Both the position numbers and the translations under genes were made by a program. 40,256 nt of DNA from IMG/VR virus record IMGVR_UViG_3300031456_000013, positions 1 to 40,256 of that record; one strand, 5' to 3'. How positions within the stretch are numbered: position 1 is the stretch's first letter; each line of letters begins with the position of its first letter. The notes beneath the pieces are model-generated. The model was not told where the DNA came from, made no database searches, and saw only the letters and a list, made by a program, of their open reading frames with translations. This document shows, in pieces, positions 24,328 to 31,815 of the stretch. The stretch is from a virus.

Positions 24328-25638
24328 ATGGGCATGTTCACTAATCCACTCGGCTATGCAGGCTACCCACCCGGAGTAACAGGCACACCCACTACACAGA
24401 ATTCAACCGTACGAGCCGCCACAGCCGCAGAAGCAGCAGCGGGTGTCTTGACTAACGTGTACATCTCACCAGCCACAGCAGATTCAGCTACCGCGCTTGA
24501 CTTTGCTTCACCGCCTGTCCTTGGCTTCGGCTCTACAACTCCTCGGCCAGTCCATGCTACAACACTCAGTGCGCTCGGTACAACAACAATCAACGTAACC
24601 GGCGCAGCAGCTACGACAATTGCCACTGGTGGCACTGGGACATTGGCTCTTGGTAACGCTACTGGGAACACTGTTGTAACTGGGTTACTTACTACAGGCG
24701 CTCTTACAACTGTAGGCACTACAAACATCAATACAACAGGGGCAGCTACTACCAACATTGGTACAGGTGGGACTGGCACAACAAACATAGGAAACACAAC
24801 AGGAAATACCGTTGTTACTGGTTCGATATCAGCCTCTACTTTCAACGCAACAACAATCACAACAAACGTAGCCGCAGCTCAGCTATCCTTAAGCGCTACC
24901 ACCATTGCTGCTACCGGCTCCGATGCTAACGTAAACCTAAACTTAACTGCTAAGGGATCAGGCTCTCTAGTGTTCAGTCAAAGTAAGGCTGGCGTCGACC
25001 AGAATATGCAGATCACCAACTCTGACAACTCAGCTGCGGCAGGTAATGCAGGGCTACAGTTGGCAGTCGGTGGATCAACAAGCACAGGGGACCCGTACGT
25101 TTCATTCCAGATCAGTGGCGTAGGTGCTTCTACAATGACGATGGGCTTAGACAATAGCGCTAGTGACCTGTTTGTTATCTCGAATAGCGCAACCCTGGGA
25201 ACATCAAACGCATTAACATTAAGCCAAGCAGGAGCATTAACAGCCACTACAACTCTAACAGCTACCTTGGGCGACGTTACTGCAACCAACGGCAACTTCG
25301 TTTCTTCTACCGCAGGCAAAGGACTACAGTTCAATGCCAACACAGCCACAGGAGCCGCAGCCTCTCCGATTGTAATAAACTCTCGCGCAGGTCAAGCCGT
25401 CTTCTCTTCGGTCAGTATCGCAGCAGCAGCCGACCTCACTCTAACGATCACAAACTCACAAATCACAGCATCGACAACACAAGTCATCTACTCAATGAGC
25501 GGGGCAACAACCGGGTCAGCCTTATCAATCAAGAGTGTCACCAATACCGCAGGGTCTTCGGCAATCGTGGTTACTAACGGTACCGGCGCTACAACTACAA
25601 CAGCAGACATCACGCTGAACTTCCTTGTCGTTAACTAG
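24328..25638 (+). CDS. Tail fibre protein with internal T/G/A-rich repeats
   Basis: N-terminal RAATAAEAAAGVLTNVYISPAT fibre motif. Diverged internal repeat TINVTGAAATTIATGGTGTLALGNATGNTVVTG / NINTTGAATTNIGTGGTGTTNIGNTTGNTVVTG. Confidence 0.85.
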   Translation: MGMFTNPLGYAGYPPGVTGTPTTQNSTVRAATAAEAAAGVLTNVYISPATADSATALDFASPPVLGFGSTTPRPVHATTLSALGTTTINVTGAAATTIATGGTGTLALGNATGNTVVTGLLTTGALTTVGTTNINTTGAATTNIGTGGTGTTNIGNTTGNTVVTGSISASTFNATTITTNVAAAQLSLSATTIAATGSDANVNLNLTAKGSGSLVFSQSKAGVDQNMQITNSDNSAAAGNAGLQLAVGGSTSTGDPYVSFQISGVGASTMTMGLDNSASDLFVISNSATLGTSNALTLSQAGALTATTTLTATLGDVTATNGNFVSSTAGKGLQFNANTATGAAASPIVINSRAGQAVFSSVSIAAAADLTLTITNSQITASTTQVIYSMSGATTGSALSIKSVTNTAGSSAIVVTNGTGATTTTADITLNFLVVN

Positions 25639-25647
25639 AGGTGAATC

Positions 25648-25986
25648 ATGGCAATCGTTAGAGCAGACGTCTTAAGGTCGTTAGCGTTCGGTGGGATATC
25701 AGGTACATATGCAGCAGTGGGGACCCCATTGACTGTGAACTGGAGGATGTTCCGCATCACAAACAACACCAACGGAGACTTGTTTATTAGCTTCGACGGG
25801 ACTAATAACAACCTCTTTGTACCTGCCTCTAGTTTTGTGTTGTACGACCTCTCAGCTAACGCGGCGCCAGTAACTGAATCGGATACTTTTGTTATGCAGG
25901 TTGGGACGCAGTTCTATGCAAAACAGTCTACGGCCCCAAGCTCCGGCGCTGTGTATGTCGAAGGCCTTTACGCTCGGGGGGTATAA
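25648..25986 (+). CDS. Small fibre-locus protein
   Basis: 112 aa, GAGG RBS, beta-rich. Confidence 0.65.
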   Translation: MAIVRADVLRSLAFGGISGTYAAVGTPLTVNWRMFRITNNTNGDLFISFDGTNNNLFVPASSFVLYDLSANAAPVTESDTFVMQVGTQFYAKQSTAPSSGAVYVEGLYARGV

Positions 25987-26487
25987 ATGAGTCAAGCGGG
26001 TAATAATAACGTCTCAGCAAACCCCAGTGTCCCGATACAGTTTACAACTAACTCAGGCATTGCGGTTCCTGCGGCTAACAATCTAAACATCCTCGGTGCT
26101 GGGAGTATAACCACTTCTGGCGCTGGGAGCACTGTGACGATATCTGTCTCTGGCTCGGGAATTACATGGAGTACCATCTCTGCATCACAAACCCTTGCGG
26201 TGCAGCATGGTTACTTTTGTGTCTCTCCTGGTGGAGCATTATCGCTTCTTCTACCCGCTACCTCTGTGATAGGGGACATAATTGAGGTAACACTAGACGG
26301 CGCCACTAGCTTCACTATAACACAAGGGGCAGGGCAGAGCATCCGACTAGGGAACCTGTCCACAACTGCGGGGGTTACTGGGACGCTTACTACTACACAG
26401 CAGGGCGACACAGTTTACATGGTCTGTCAGACAGCGAACCTTAAGTGGAACGTTCTCAGTAGCATGGGCAACTTGTTACTAGCGTAA
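25987..26487 (+). CDS. Tail fibre / receptor-binding protein (C-terminal domain paralogous to 26586..27182)
   Basis: ITWSTISASQTLAVQHGYF...LLLPATSVIGDIIEVT...QGAGQSIRLG...GDTVYMVCQTANLKWNVLSSMGNL aligns with the C-terminus of the next fibre gene. Confidence 0.8.
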   Translation: MSQAGNNNVSANPSVPIQFTTNSGIAVPAANNLNILGAGSITTSGAGSTVTISVSGSGITWSTISASQTLAVQHGYFCVSPGGALSLLLPATSVIGDIIEVTLDGATSFTITQGAGQSIRLGNLSTTAGVTGTLTTTQQGDTVYMVCQTANLKWNVLSSMGNLLLA

Positions 26488-26499
26488 AGGAGTAAACGT

Positions 26500-26586
26500 A
26501 TGTCACTAAATAACGGCACATTTGACCCAGCACGCACAGAAGATTTAGCAACAGGTTACATTTACATTTTAGGAGTATACAAATAA
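26500..26586 (+). CDS. 28-aa micro-ORF between fibre genes (absent from the ORF track)
   Basis: AAGGAG, 7 nt, ATG. MSLNNGTFDPARTEDLATGYIYILGVYK. Its stop overlaps the next ATG (TAATG). Confidence 0.3.
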   Translation: MSLNNGTFDPARTEDLATGYIYILGVYK

Positions 26587-26605
26587 TGGCTACTAACAAT
26601 GCAGT
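26572..26605 (+). repeat. 34-nt exact repeat, copy 1 (RBS + first 7 codons of a fibre gene)
   Basis: GGAGTATACAAATAATGGCTACTAACAATGCAGT, identical to 27187..27220. Confidence 0.95.
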
Positions 26606-27182
26606 TAATATATCCTCAGCCGGGTTAGTAAAGTATGACGGGGCAGGAACGTTCTCAGGGGTAACAGTCACTAACCATGCAGTTTTACTCGGTGCTTCTT
26701 CTAACGGAATCACGAGTCTTGCTTTGACTAACGGGCAACTAGCGATAGGGTCAACTGGCGCCGATCCCTCTGCTGCTGCGCTTACTGCTGGTACTGGTGT
26801 GTCTATAACAAACGGCGCCGGTTCCATCACGATCAATGCCGCTGGTGGTGGTCTTACATGGACGGTGGTTACTGGTACGACTCAGGCAATGGCGGTGAAC
26901 AACGGGTATATCGCTAACAACGCCGGTGTCGTAACTGCTACGCTGCCCGCTACTTCGGCTGTTGGAGATGTGGTAGCTATAACAGGAATCAACAACGCTA
27001 CAGGCTGGAAGATAGCTCAGAACGCAGGAAACACAATCTTCTTCGGCGCTGCTACTACAACTCCAGGCGCAGGGGGATCATTACAATCTGCTGCGACTAG
27101 AGATGCTGTGCAGTTAGTGTGTACCTCAGCTAATGCCAACTGGCAAGTTTTGTCGTCGATTGGGAACATAACAGTGGTGTAA
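26586..27182 (+). CDS. Tail fibre / receptor-binding protein with MATNNAVN N-terminus
   Basis: The C-terminal domain LTWTVVTGTTQAMAVNNGYI...TLPATSAVGDVVAIT...QNAGNTIFFG...DAVQLVCTSANANWQVLSSIGNI is paralogous to that of 25987..26487. Confidence 0.8.
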   Translation: MATNNAVNISSAGLVKYDGAGTFSGVTVTNHAVLLGASSNGITSLALTNGQLAIGSTGADPSAAALTAGTGVSITNGAGSITINAAGGGLTWTVVTGTTQAMAVNNGYIANNAGVVTATLPATSAVGDVVAITGINNATGWKIAQNAGNTIFFGAATTTPGAGGSLQSAATRDAVQLVCTSANANWQVLSSIGNITVV

Positions 27183-27186
27183 TTAT

Positions 27187-27220
27187 GGAGTATACAAATA
27201 ATGGCTACTAACAATGCAGT
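27187..27220 (+). repeat. 34-nt exact repeat, copy 2
   Basis: Identical to 26572..26605. Confidence 0.95.
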
Positions 27221-28022
27221 AAACATAGCTACAGCTGCTACAGGCAAGATATTAAGAGCGCAGGGTGTAGGAACGGCTCCTTTGTTTTCTACCGCAACAT
27301 ATCCCGACACTGCTGGCACATCTGGGAATGTATTGACTTCTGATGGGACAAATTTTATTAGCTCTGCCCCAGCCACATTTTCTCAAGTTGTTACACAAAT
27401 ATTCACTGCAAGCGGAACCTATACACCTACGTCAGGCATGAAATACTGTATTGTTGAGTTGGTCGGTGGTGGCGGTGGCGGTGGTGGGGCTGCCACTACC
27501 TCATCAGTTCAAGTAGCAGCAGGTGGCGGTGGCGGTGGTGGTGGATATATCAGAAGATTATTTTCAGCAGCAACGATTGGCGCGTCTCAAACTGTTACTA
27601 TCGGAGCTGCAGGAACCGCCGGCGCTTCAACTCCAGCAGATGGAGGGACCGGAGGGGCTACAATATTCGGCGCTTTCTCTCAAGCTAACGGAGGTGTGGG
27701 TGGCAAACTTTCTAATGCTACTATACTAGGAACAGTGGGAGGTGGCACAGGAGGAACCGCTATTGGATCTGCAGATTTTGGTTGCAATGGCGCTCCAGGA
27801 GGTGCAGGACTTGCGATATTTTCCACGACAGCATTTTTAAGCAGCGGATTTGGAGGTTGTTCATTTTTTGGAGGCGGAGGTATAGGAAGAGTAGTGACTG
27901 CTAATGGTATCACTGGACTCAGTTATGGTGGTGGTGGTAGTGGCGCTGCCTGCACAAATAACGCCGGTGTTGTAGGTGGAGCAGGTTTTGCAGGCATAAT
28001 AGTAGTCACAGAATATATTTAG
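27201..28022 (+). CDS. Glycine-rich receptor-binding/tip protein with MATNNAVN N-terminus
   Basis: Same first 8 residues as 26586. Two G8 runs plus many GGxGG segments (GGGGGGGGAATTSSVQVAAGGGGGGGGYIRR...GGTGGATIFG...GGGGSGAAC...GFAGIIVVTEYI). Confidence 0.8.
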   Translation: MATNNAVNIATAATGKILRAQGVGTAPLFSTATYPDTAGTSGNVLTSDGTNFISSAPATFSQVVTQIFTASGTYTPTSGMKYCIVELVGGGGGGGGAATTSSVQVAAGGGGGGGGYIRRLFSAATIGASQTVTIGAAGTAGASTPADGGTGGATIFGAFSQANGGVGGKLSNATILGTVGGGTGGTAIGSADFGCNGAPGGAGLAIFSTTAFLSSGFGGCSFFGGGGIGRVVTANGITGLSYGGGGSGAACTNNAGVVGGAGFAGIIVVTEYI

Positions 28023-28033
28023 AAGGATTTTTT

Positions 28034-28225
28034 ATGAAAAAAGAAGACTCTAAAAAAATAAAATCTGTTCCGTCTAAAGATAAGGTCGGCATAGTGATGG
28101 ATGAGTACAAGCGTGGTTCACTGCATTCCGGGAGCGGTTCATTAGTGAAAAATCCTAAACAAGCTATTGCTATAGGACTTTCTGAAGCAAGAAAATCCGG
28201 AGCTAAGATCCCTAAGAAGAAATAA
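28034..28225 (+). CDS. Small basic protein, DUF6496-like (by recollection)
   Basis: VMDEYKRGSLHSGSGSLVKNPKQAIAIGLSEARKSGAKIP. AAGGA RBS. Last gene of the late operon. Confidence 0.6.
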   Translation: MKKEDSKKIKSVPSKDKVGIVMDEYKRGSLHSGSGSLVKNPKQAIAIGLSEARKSGAKIPKKK

Positions 28226-28253
28226 CCAAGAGAGCAGGAGTCGCCTAGCGATG

Positions 28254-28877
28254 TTACTGCTCCTCTTCACCTTCTTTCTTTTTACTGCTCCAAGTTTTAA
28301 ACGCCTTAAGGAACGAGTCCATCCGCGTCACAGCTTCTCGCTTCACATCTTCTACAGGCTTCTTTAGTGACATGGAACTATGCGCTAGGAACTTGTTTAA
28401 CTTTGCAGTTTCTTTGTCTGACATGGGGGGTAGCAAGGAATCAAATTCTAGGCACTTAGGAGGCTCGTAGCAAGCATTAGCATCGTTGTCTGGATCGTCA
28501 CCCGTCTCGAGACAAAAGACCTTCATATAGGCGTATTTCATTGCATAAGACATCGCCTTGCCAGGGCCTTTATCACCAGAGTCGACTCCATAACCAGGAT
28601 ATCTCACAGTCAGTTGATCGCTCGGTTGGTCTGCGTTTACGAATGTCACTACCATTTTCGCTTGAGTTCTGTTCCCTTCTTGGGTGATTTCTTCTAAACT
28701 TGGGATAACAACAACGCCATGCTTTACTAGATAAGGATGAACCGCAGCTGTAACCTGGTCATGACTGGCGAATCGGTACTGGCCATTAACTGTCTTCGAA
28801 CCCTTTTGTATGTAGCTTAGGTCCCCCATGATCCCCAGTATCCGTTGAAATAGGTTCAGACTCTTCTTTTCGTCCAT
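28254..28877 (-). CDS. erf: ERF-family single-strand annealing protein
   Basis: YRFASHDQVTAAVHPYLVKHGVVV and GPGKAMSYAMKYAYMKVFCLETGDDPDND fit the ERF pattern. RBS AGGAAAGAAGA before the ATG. Confidence 0.78.
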   Translation of the reverse strand: MDEKKSLNLFQRILGIMGDLSYIQKGSKTVNGQYRFASHDQVTAAVHPYLVKHGVVVIPSLEEITQEGNRTQAKMVVTFVNADQPSDQLTVRYPGYGVDSGDKGPGKAMSYAMKYAYMKVFCLETGDDPDNDANACYEPPKCLEFDSLLPPMSDKETAKLNKFLAHSSMSLKKPVEDVKREAVTRMDSFLKAFKTWSSKKKEGEEEQ

Positions 28878-29421
28878 TCTTCTTTCCTTTGTTAAAATAG
28901 TGCCAGCAGTACAGAGCCGAAACGAATACCGCGAACTCCGGCTTCATGTCTTCTATAAAGTGAATGTCTGGGAAATCGCCGTCTTTCTTTAGGTACACGA
29001 TCATTGCGCCATGCACCGTAACACCTTGTTTGCGCAACAGTGAATCGTAGGCCGCCATCTGTACTGGGTAAGTCTTCTGTGGCTTCGCGCTAGTCTTCAG
29101 GTCTACGAGATACAGCTTGCCATCCGTTCCTTCTACAACAAAATCCAGCTGGCCAGAGTATTTTAGGTCGTCGTCCATGTAGCGCTTCTCTATGATCACG
29201 AACTTATCCACTTGCGCCCCCGCCCATTGTTTGAATGAATTGACGTAGCCTATAAACTCCTCGCCTATCATGCCATCCGGAATCCAGTTGCCTTTAGCAA
29301 TACCAGCACAGAGAGCATGTACCGTTGTGCCTCTTGCCGCAGCTCGTTGGAGTATGTCGGCTGGAACCTGGTCGTAGCTAGTGTATGCCCGCAGTATTTC
29401 CGTAACTCTTGGGTAGTCCAT
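28786..29421 (-). CDS. PD-(D/E)XK (RecB/Cas4-like) exonuclease
   Basis: RVTEIL, GTTVHAL, then the D...(D/E)xK arrangement GQLDFVV...LYLVDLKTS and QMAAYDSLL. Its 3' end overlaps erf by 92 nt in another frame. Confidence 0.78.
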   Translation of the reverse strand: MDYPRVTEILRAYTSYDQVPADILQRAAARGTTVHALCAGIAKGNWIPDGMIGEEFIGYVNSFKQWAGAQVDKFVIIEKRYMDDDLKYSGQLDFVVEGTDGKLYLVDLKTSAKPQKTYPVQMAAYDSLLRKQGVTVHGAMIVYLKKDGDFPDIHFIEDMKPEFAVFVSALYCWHYFNKGKKNGRKEESEPISTDTGDHGGPKLHTKGFEDS

Positions 29422-29439
29422 CGCTTATCCTATGTAAAT

Positions 29440-29468
29440 TTAAACTTTAACTTAACATTTGGTATAAT
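29440..29468 (+). promoter_or_regulatory. Extended -10 promoter for the rightward replication operon
   Basis: TGGTATAAT (29460-29468) with a weak -35 TTAAAC 17 nt upstream. Surrounded by TTAAC/GTTAAC/AAATTTAAA palindromic motifs. Confidence 0.45.
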
Positions 29469-29545
29469 ACGAGGCAATAGGTTCGTTAACTTCTTGTAAA
29501 GATATGGGTGAGCGAAGTATTTTCTGTAAAAGTGAGGGGGGTAGG

Positions 29546-29776
29546 ATGGCAAGACCGAAATCGCTAGGGGAAACAATGGTGGTGTCTGTGAGGATGACAA
29601 CCGATATGTACTCTATGCTGCAAGATATAGCGGCATTAGAGACCATCAACACAGGCAGGACGGTAGCTATGCAGGAGCTGATAAGAGGCGCGCTTGAATT
29701 TGTCTATAGCGATAATGAACGGCTACGAGAGAGTTTCAGGCGAAGCAGGTCACATGTAACGAAAAGGTTTAAATAA
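29546..29776 (+). CDS. Ribbon-helix-helix (CopG/Arc-like) regulator (ORF opens at 29504)
   Basis: GGGGGGTAGG precedes ATG 29546. MARPKSLGETMVVSVRMTTDMYSMLQDIAALE fits a beta-strand plus helix RHH pattern. Confidence 0.65.
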   Translation: MARPKSLGETMVVSVRMTTDMYSMLQDIAALETINTGRTVAMQELIRGALEFVYSDNERLRESFRRSRSHVTKRFK

Positions 29777-29963
29777 AGGACTTGAGCGGAAACGAAATAA
29801 ACGCTAGTTTGGTAAAAGAAAAGGGGAAGTTCTGTCAAAACCCCCCTGTTCGGTATTAATTAGACTTTTGGTTAGGAGCAGTCAACTCCGTGTGTGCTAT
29901 ATACCATTTCACACTACCAGAAGTATGTAATTATCTACCACCAAATATTTACCATGTGTATTT

Positions 29964-30305
29964 GTGGCTAAGGAAAAGCATACGTCTATCTATTTTGATC
30001 GCGAGAAATCCTTGTTTGTTGGTATTGATGCCGCTTATTGTGAGCTGTTAAAAGATATGTTTCCTGGGGTAAATATTATCCTAGAACTGAAGAAAATGAT
30101 CCTATGGCTAAACTCTTCGAAAGGGGTGAAAAGCAAGGGAACTATTAACTTCATCACAAACTGGCTACAGAAGGCTCCGATCACACAATCTTTAACGCCT
30201 GAAATAGAGCAAGACACTCCCTTACGCCCTCACATCGAAGCCTACTTAAAGGATCTATGGAAAGGGAAGGAACACCTACTGGAGATGAACAAGAGAAAGA
30301 GCTAG
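29964..30305 (+). CDS. Hypothetical replication-module protein
   Basis: 113-aa ORF with a GTG start and no clear RBS. INFITNWLQKA resembles the ends of DnaD/phage replication helper domains (weak). Confidence 0.5.
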   Translation: MAKEKHTSIYFDREKSLFVGIDAAYCELLKDMFPGVNIILELKKMILWLNSSKGVKSKGTINFITNWLQKAPITQSLTPEIEQDTPLRPHIEAYLKDLWKGKEHLLEMNKRKS

Positions 30306-31156
30306 AGAATTTTCTGCAATTTGGGTCGCCTACTAATGCTCATCCAGACTGTCTCACGCCTCTTGCTGAACTCCCGCACGCCTATAGAGATGAGATAGAC
30401 AAAGGCTACTCCACGGGTTGGGAATGCCTCGATTATTACCTGCAAGGGCTCCGCAAAGGAGAAGTAACGGTAGTCACGGCAGACACAGGCGCAGGAAAGA
30501 CTACCTTCTGTACGCAGTTGATGATCAATTGTGCTATGCAAGGCATCCCGGTCTGGATCAACTCTTGGGAAATGAAGCCAGAAACAACCATGCGCAAGCT
30601 AGCTTCGATTATCCTTCGCCGCCCCATGAAGGTTTGTAATTTCAACGCCCATGAGAACGAACAATTCGACGAGTGGGCCAGCCGCTACAGAGTTTACATT
30701 AATCCCAACACGATCGGCACCGACATCAACTCACTTGCCAAGCAGCTAGTACAAGCGAAGCAGCTGGGCATTGAGATTGTTATGCTGGATCACTTGGATT
30801 ACCTGGTTAACTCGAAGAAAGAAAAGCTGCACGAGGCTATTGATGAGACTGTTAAACGGCTTCATGAGTTGGCCTTTGCTCTTGGCATGCACTTTTTACT
30901 CATCTGCCATCCACGTCAATCTTCAGGAGGTGGTGAGGAAGTAGGAATGCATGGACTCAAAGGATCATCCAGCATTAAACAGTACGCTGACAACATCATC
31001 ATCCTACATCGCTGCGCAAGAACAGACCCATCTTCAGACCCAAACAAAGTAAAAGTCAGAGTAGCCAAGAACCGCATGTTTGGTATCGAGGGGAACACGT
31101 ATCTCTTCTATGAGCCTATGTGGGACGGTTATTCGGAATTGAGGAAAAGCGTATGA
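30257..31156 (+). CDS. DnaB-family (RecA-fold) replicative helicase, C-terminal domain only
   Basis: Walker A ADTGAGKTTF, SWEM (SLEM-like), Walker B VMLDHLDYL, SSSIKQYADNIIILHR (IEQDAD-like). Confidence 0.85.
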   Translation: MEREGTPTGDEQEKELENFLQFGSPTNAHPDCLTPLAELPHAYRDEIDKGYSTGWECLDYYLQGLRKGEVTVVTADTGAGKTTFCTQLMINCAMQGIPVWINSWEMKPETTMRKLASIILRRPMKVCNFNAHENEQFDEWASRYRVYINPNTIGTDINSLAKQLVQAKQLGIEIVMLDHLDYLVNSKKEKLHEAIDETVKRLHELAFALGMHFLLICHPRQSSGGGEEVGMHGLKGSSSIKQYADNIIILHRCARTDPSSDPNKVKVRVAKNRMFGIEGNTYLFYEPMWDGYSELRKSV

Positions 31157-31233
31157 ACAAACAATGGTGGCCACAGAGTGACTTTGTAGAGCCAGGGATT
31201 AAACACGCAGAAGAAGATTTGAGGTACTTATGA
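31153..31233 (+). CDS. 26-aa bridging micro-ORF (absent from the ORF track)
   Basis: MNKQWWPQSDFVEPGIKHAEEDLRYL. ATGA overlaps at both ends (helicase stop, next gene start). Confidence 0.25.
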   Translation: MNKQWWPQSDFVEPGIKHAEEDLRYL

Positions 31234-31646
31234 AATTCAGAATAGGCACGACTACAGATGAGATAGAGGTGGGACAATATAGATTGATGGAGAAAGGTGC
31301 TTTGAAGGCGTTCTTCTCTCTAGTGCTATACCCTCATGGCCAAAAGATCCTAGACTGTCGTTACTTCGAACAAGGAGATAGTCGTTGGTTTAGCTTCCCA
31401 CAGAAAGAGGTTAAATACTCGGACGGCAGAAAGACAGAATACATACCACTTGTCACTTACTTAAACAAAGAATACCTGGATCAGCTTAAGACAGCGGTAC
31501 TAGCAGCATTAAAAGAAGTCAAACCAATGGAGAGTTATGGGCAGTCAGCAAAGCAAACCGGGCAAGCGAAAGTTCAAGCAGATCCAAGGCAAGCGAATAA
31601 AGTACGGTCTAGTGCACCCTCTGATTGGGAAGAATGTCCGTTTTGA
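31230..31646 (+). CDS. SpoVG-like nucleic-acid-binding domain with an SSB-like disordered tail and acidic C-terminal tip
   Basis: GALKAFFSLVLYPHGQKILDCRYFEQGDSRWFSFPQKE...YIPLV...LKTAVLAAL parallels SpoVG (G.MKA..S.T.....V.DI.V..G..G.F.AMPS). Tail ...QSAKQTGQAKVQADPRQANKVRSSAPSDWEECPF ends like an SSB tip (DDDIPF). Confidence 0.6.
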   Translation: MKFRIGTTTDEIEVGQYRLMEKGALKAFFSLVLYPHGQKILDCRYFEQGDSRWFSFPQKEVKYSDGRKTEYIPLVTYLNKEYLDQLKTAVLAALKEVKPMESYGQSAKQTGQAKVQADPRQANKVRSSAPSDWEECPF

Positions 31647-31653
31647 TTCATGG

Positions 31654-31815
31654 ATGGTCTTGTGTGAATACGTCTTAGAGGTTGCGGAAGAAGAAGCGCG
31701 TAGGCAGATGCAGGGCACGATGATGGAATTGATTTGCAGGCTGTCGGACGAGATCATAGAGTCGGCGATCGAATGTGAAGAAGAGGATATTGATGGGTCT
31801 GAAGCAGATAATTAA
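31654..31815 (+). CDS. Small acidic hypothetical protein (ORF opens at 31537)
   Basis: ATG 31654 lies just after the previous stop. 53 aa, E/D-rich. Confidence 0.4.
   Translation: MVLCEYVLEVAEEEARRQMQGTMMELICRLSDEIIESAIECEEEDIDGSEADN

Noticed and set aside
24363-27376. Minus-strand ORFs inside the fibre genes (24363..24860, 24978..25349, 26456..26836, 27017..27376)
   Set aside because: They are mirror-frame artefacts of T/G/A-rich fibre coding sequence (V/P/A-rich translations). The shared ALLVAIICIL peptide merely reflects the 34-nt repeat read backwards.
24328-28022. Diversity-generating retroelement targeting the fibre genes
   Set aside because: Repeated segments exist, but no reverse transcriptase ORF is present anywhere in the closed genome. 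The repeats do not show a template/variable pair with adenine-specific differences.
28226-28253. Bidirectional terminator between the late operon and erf
   Set aside because: Only a 6-bp GAGCAG/CTGCTC stem with a 19-nt loop and no U-tract could be drawn. This is too weak to call.
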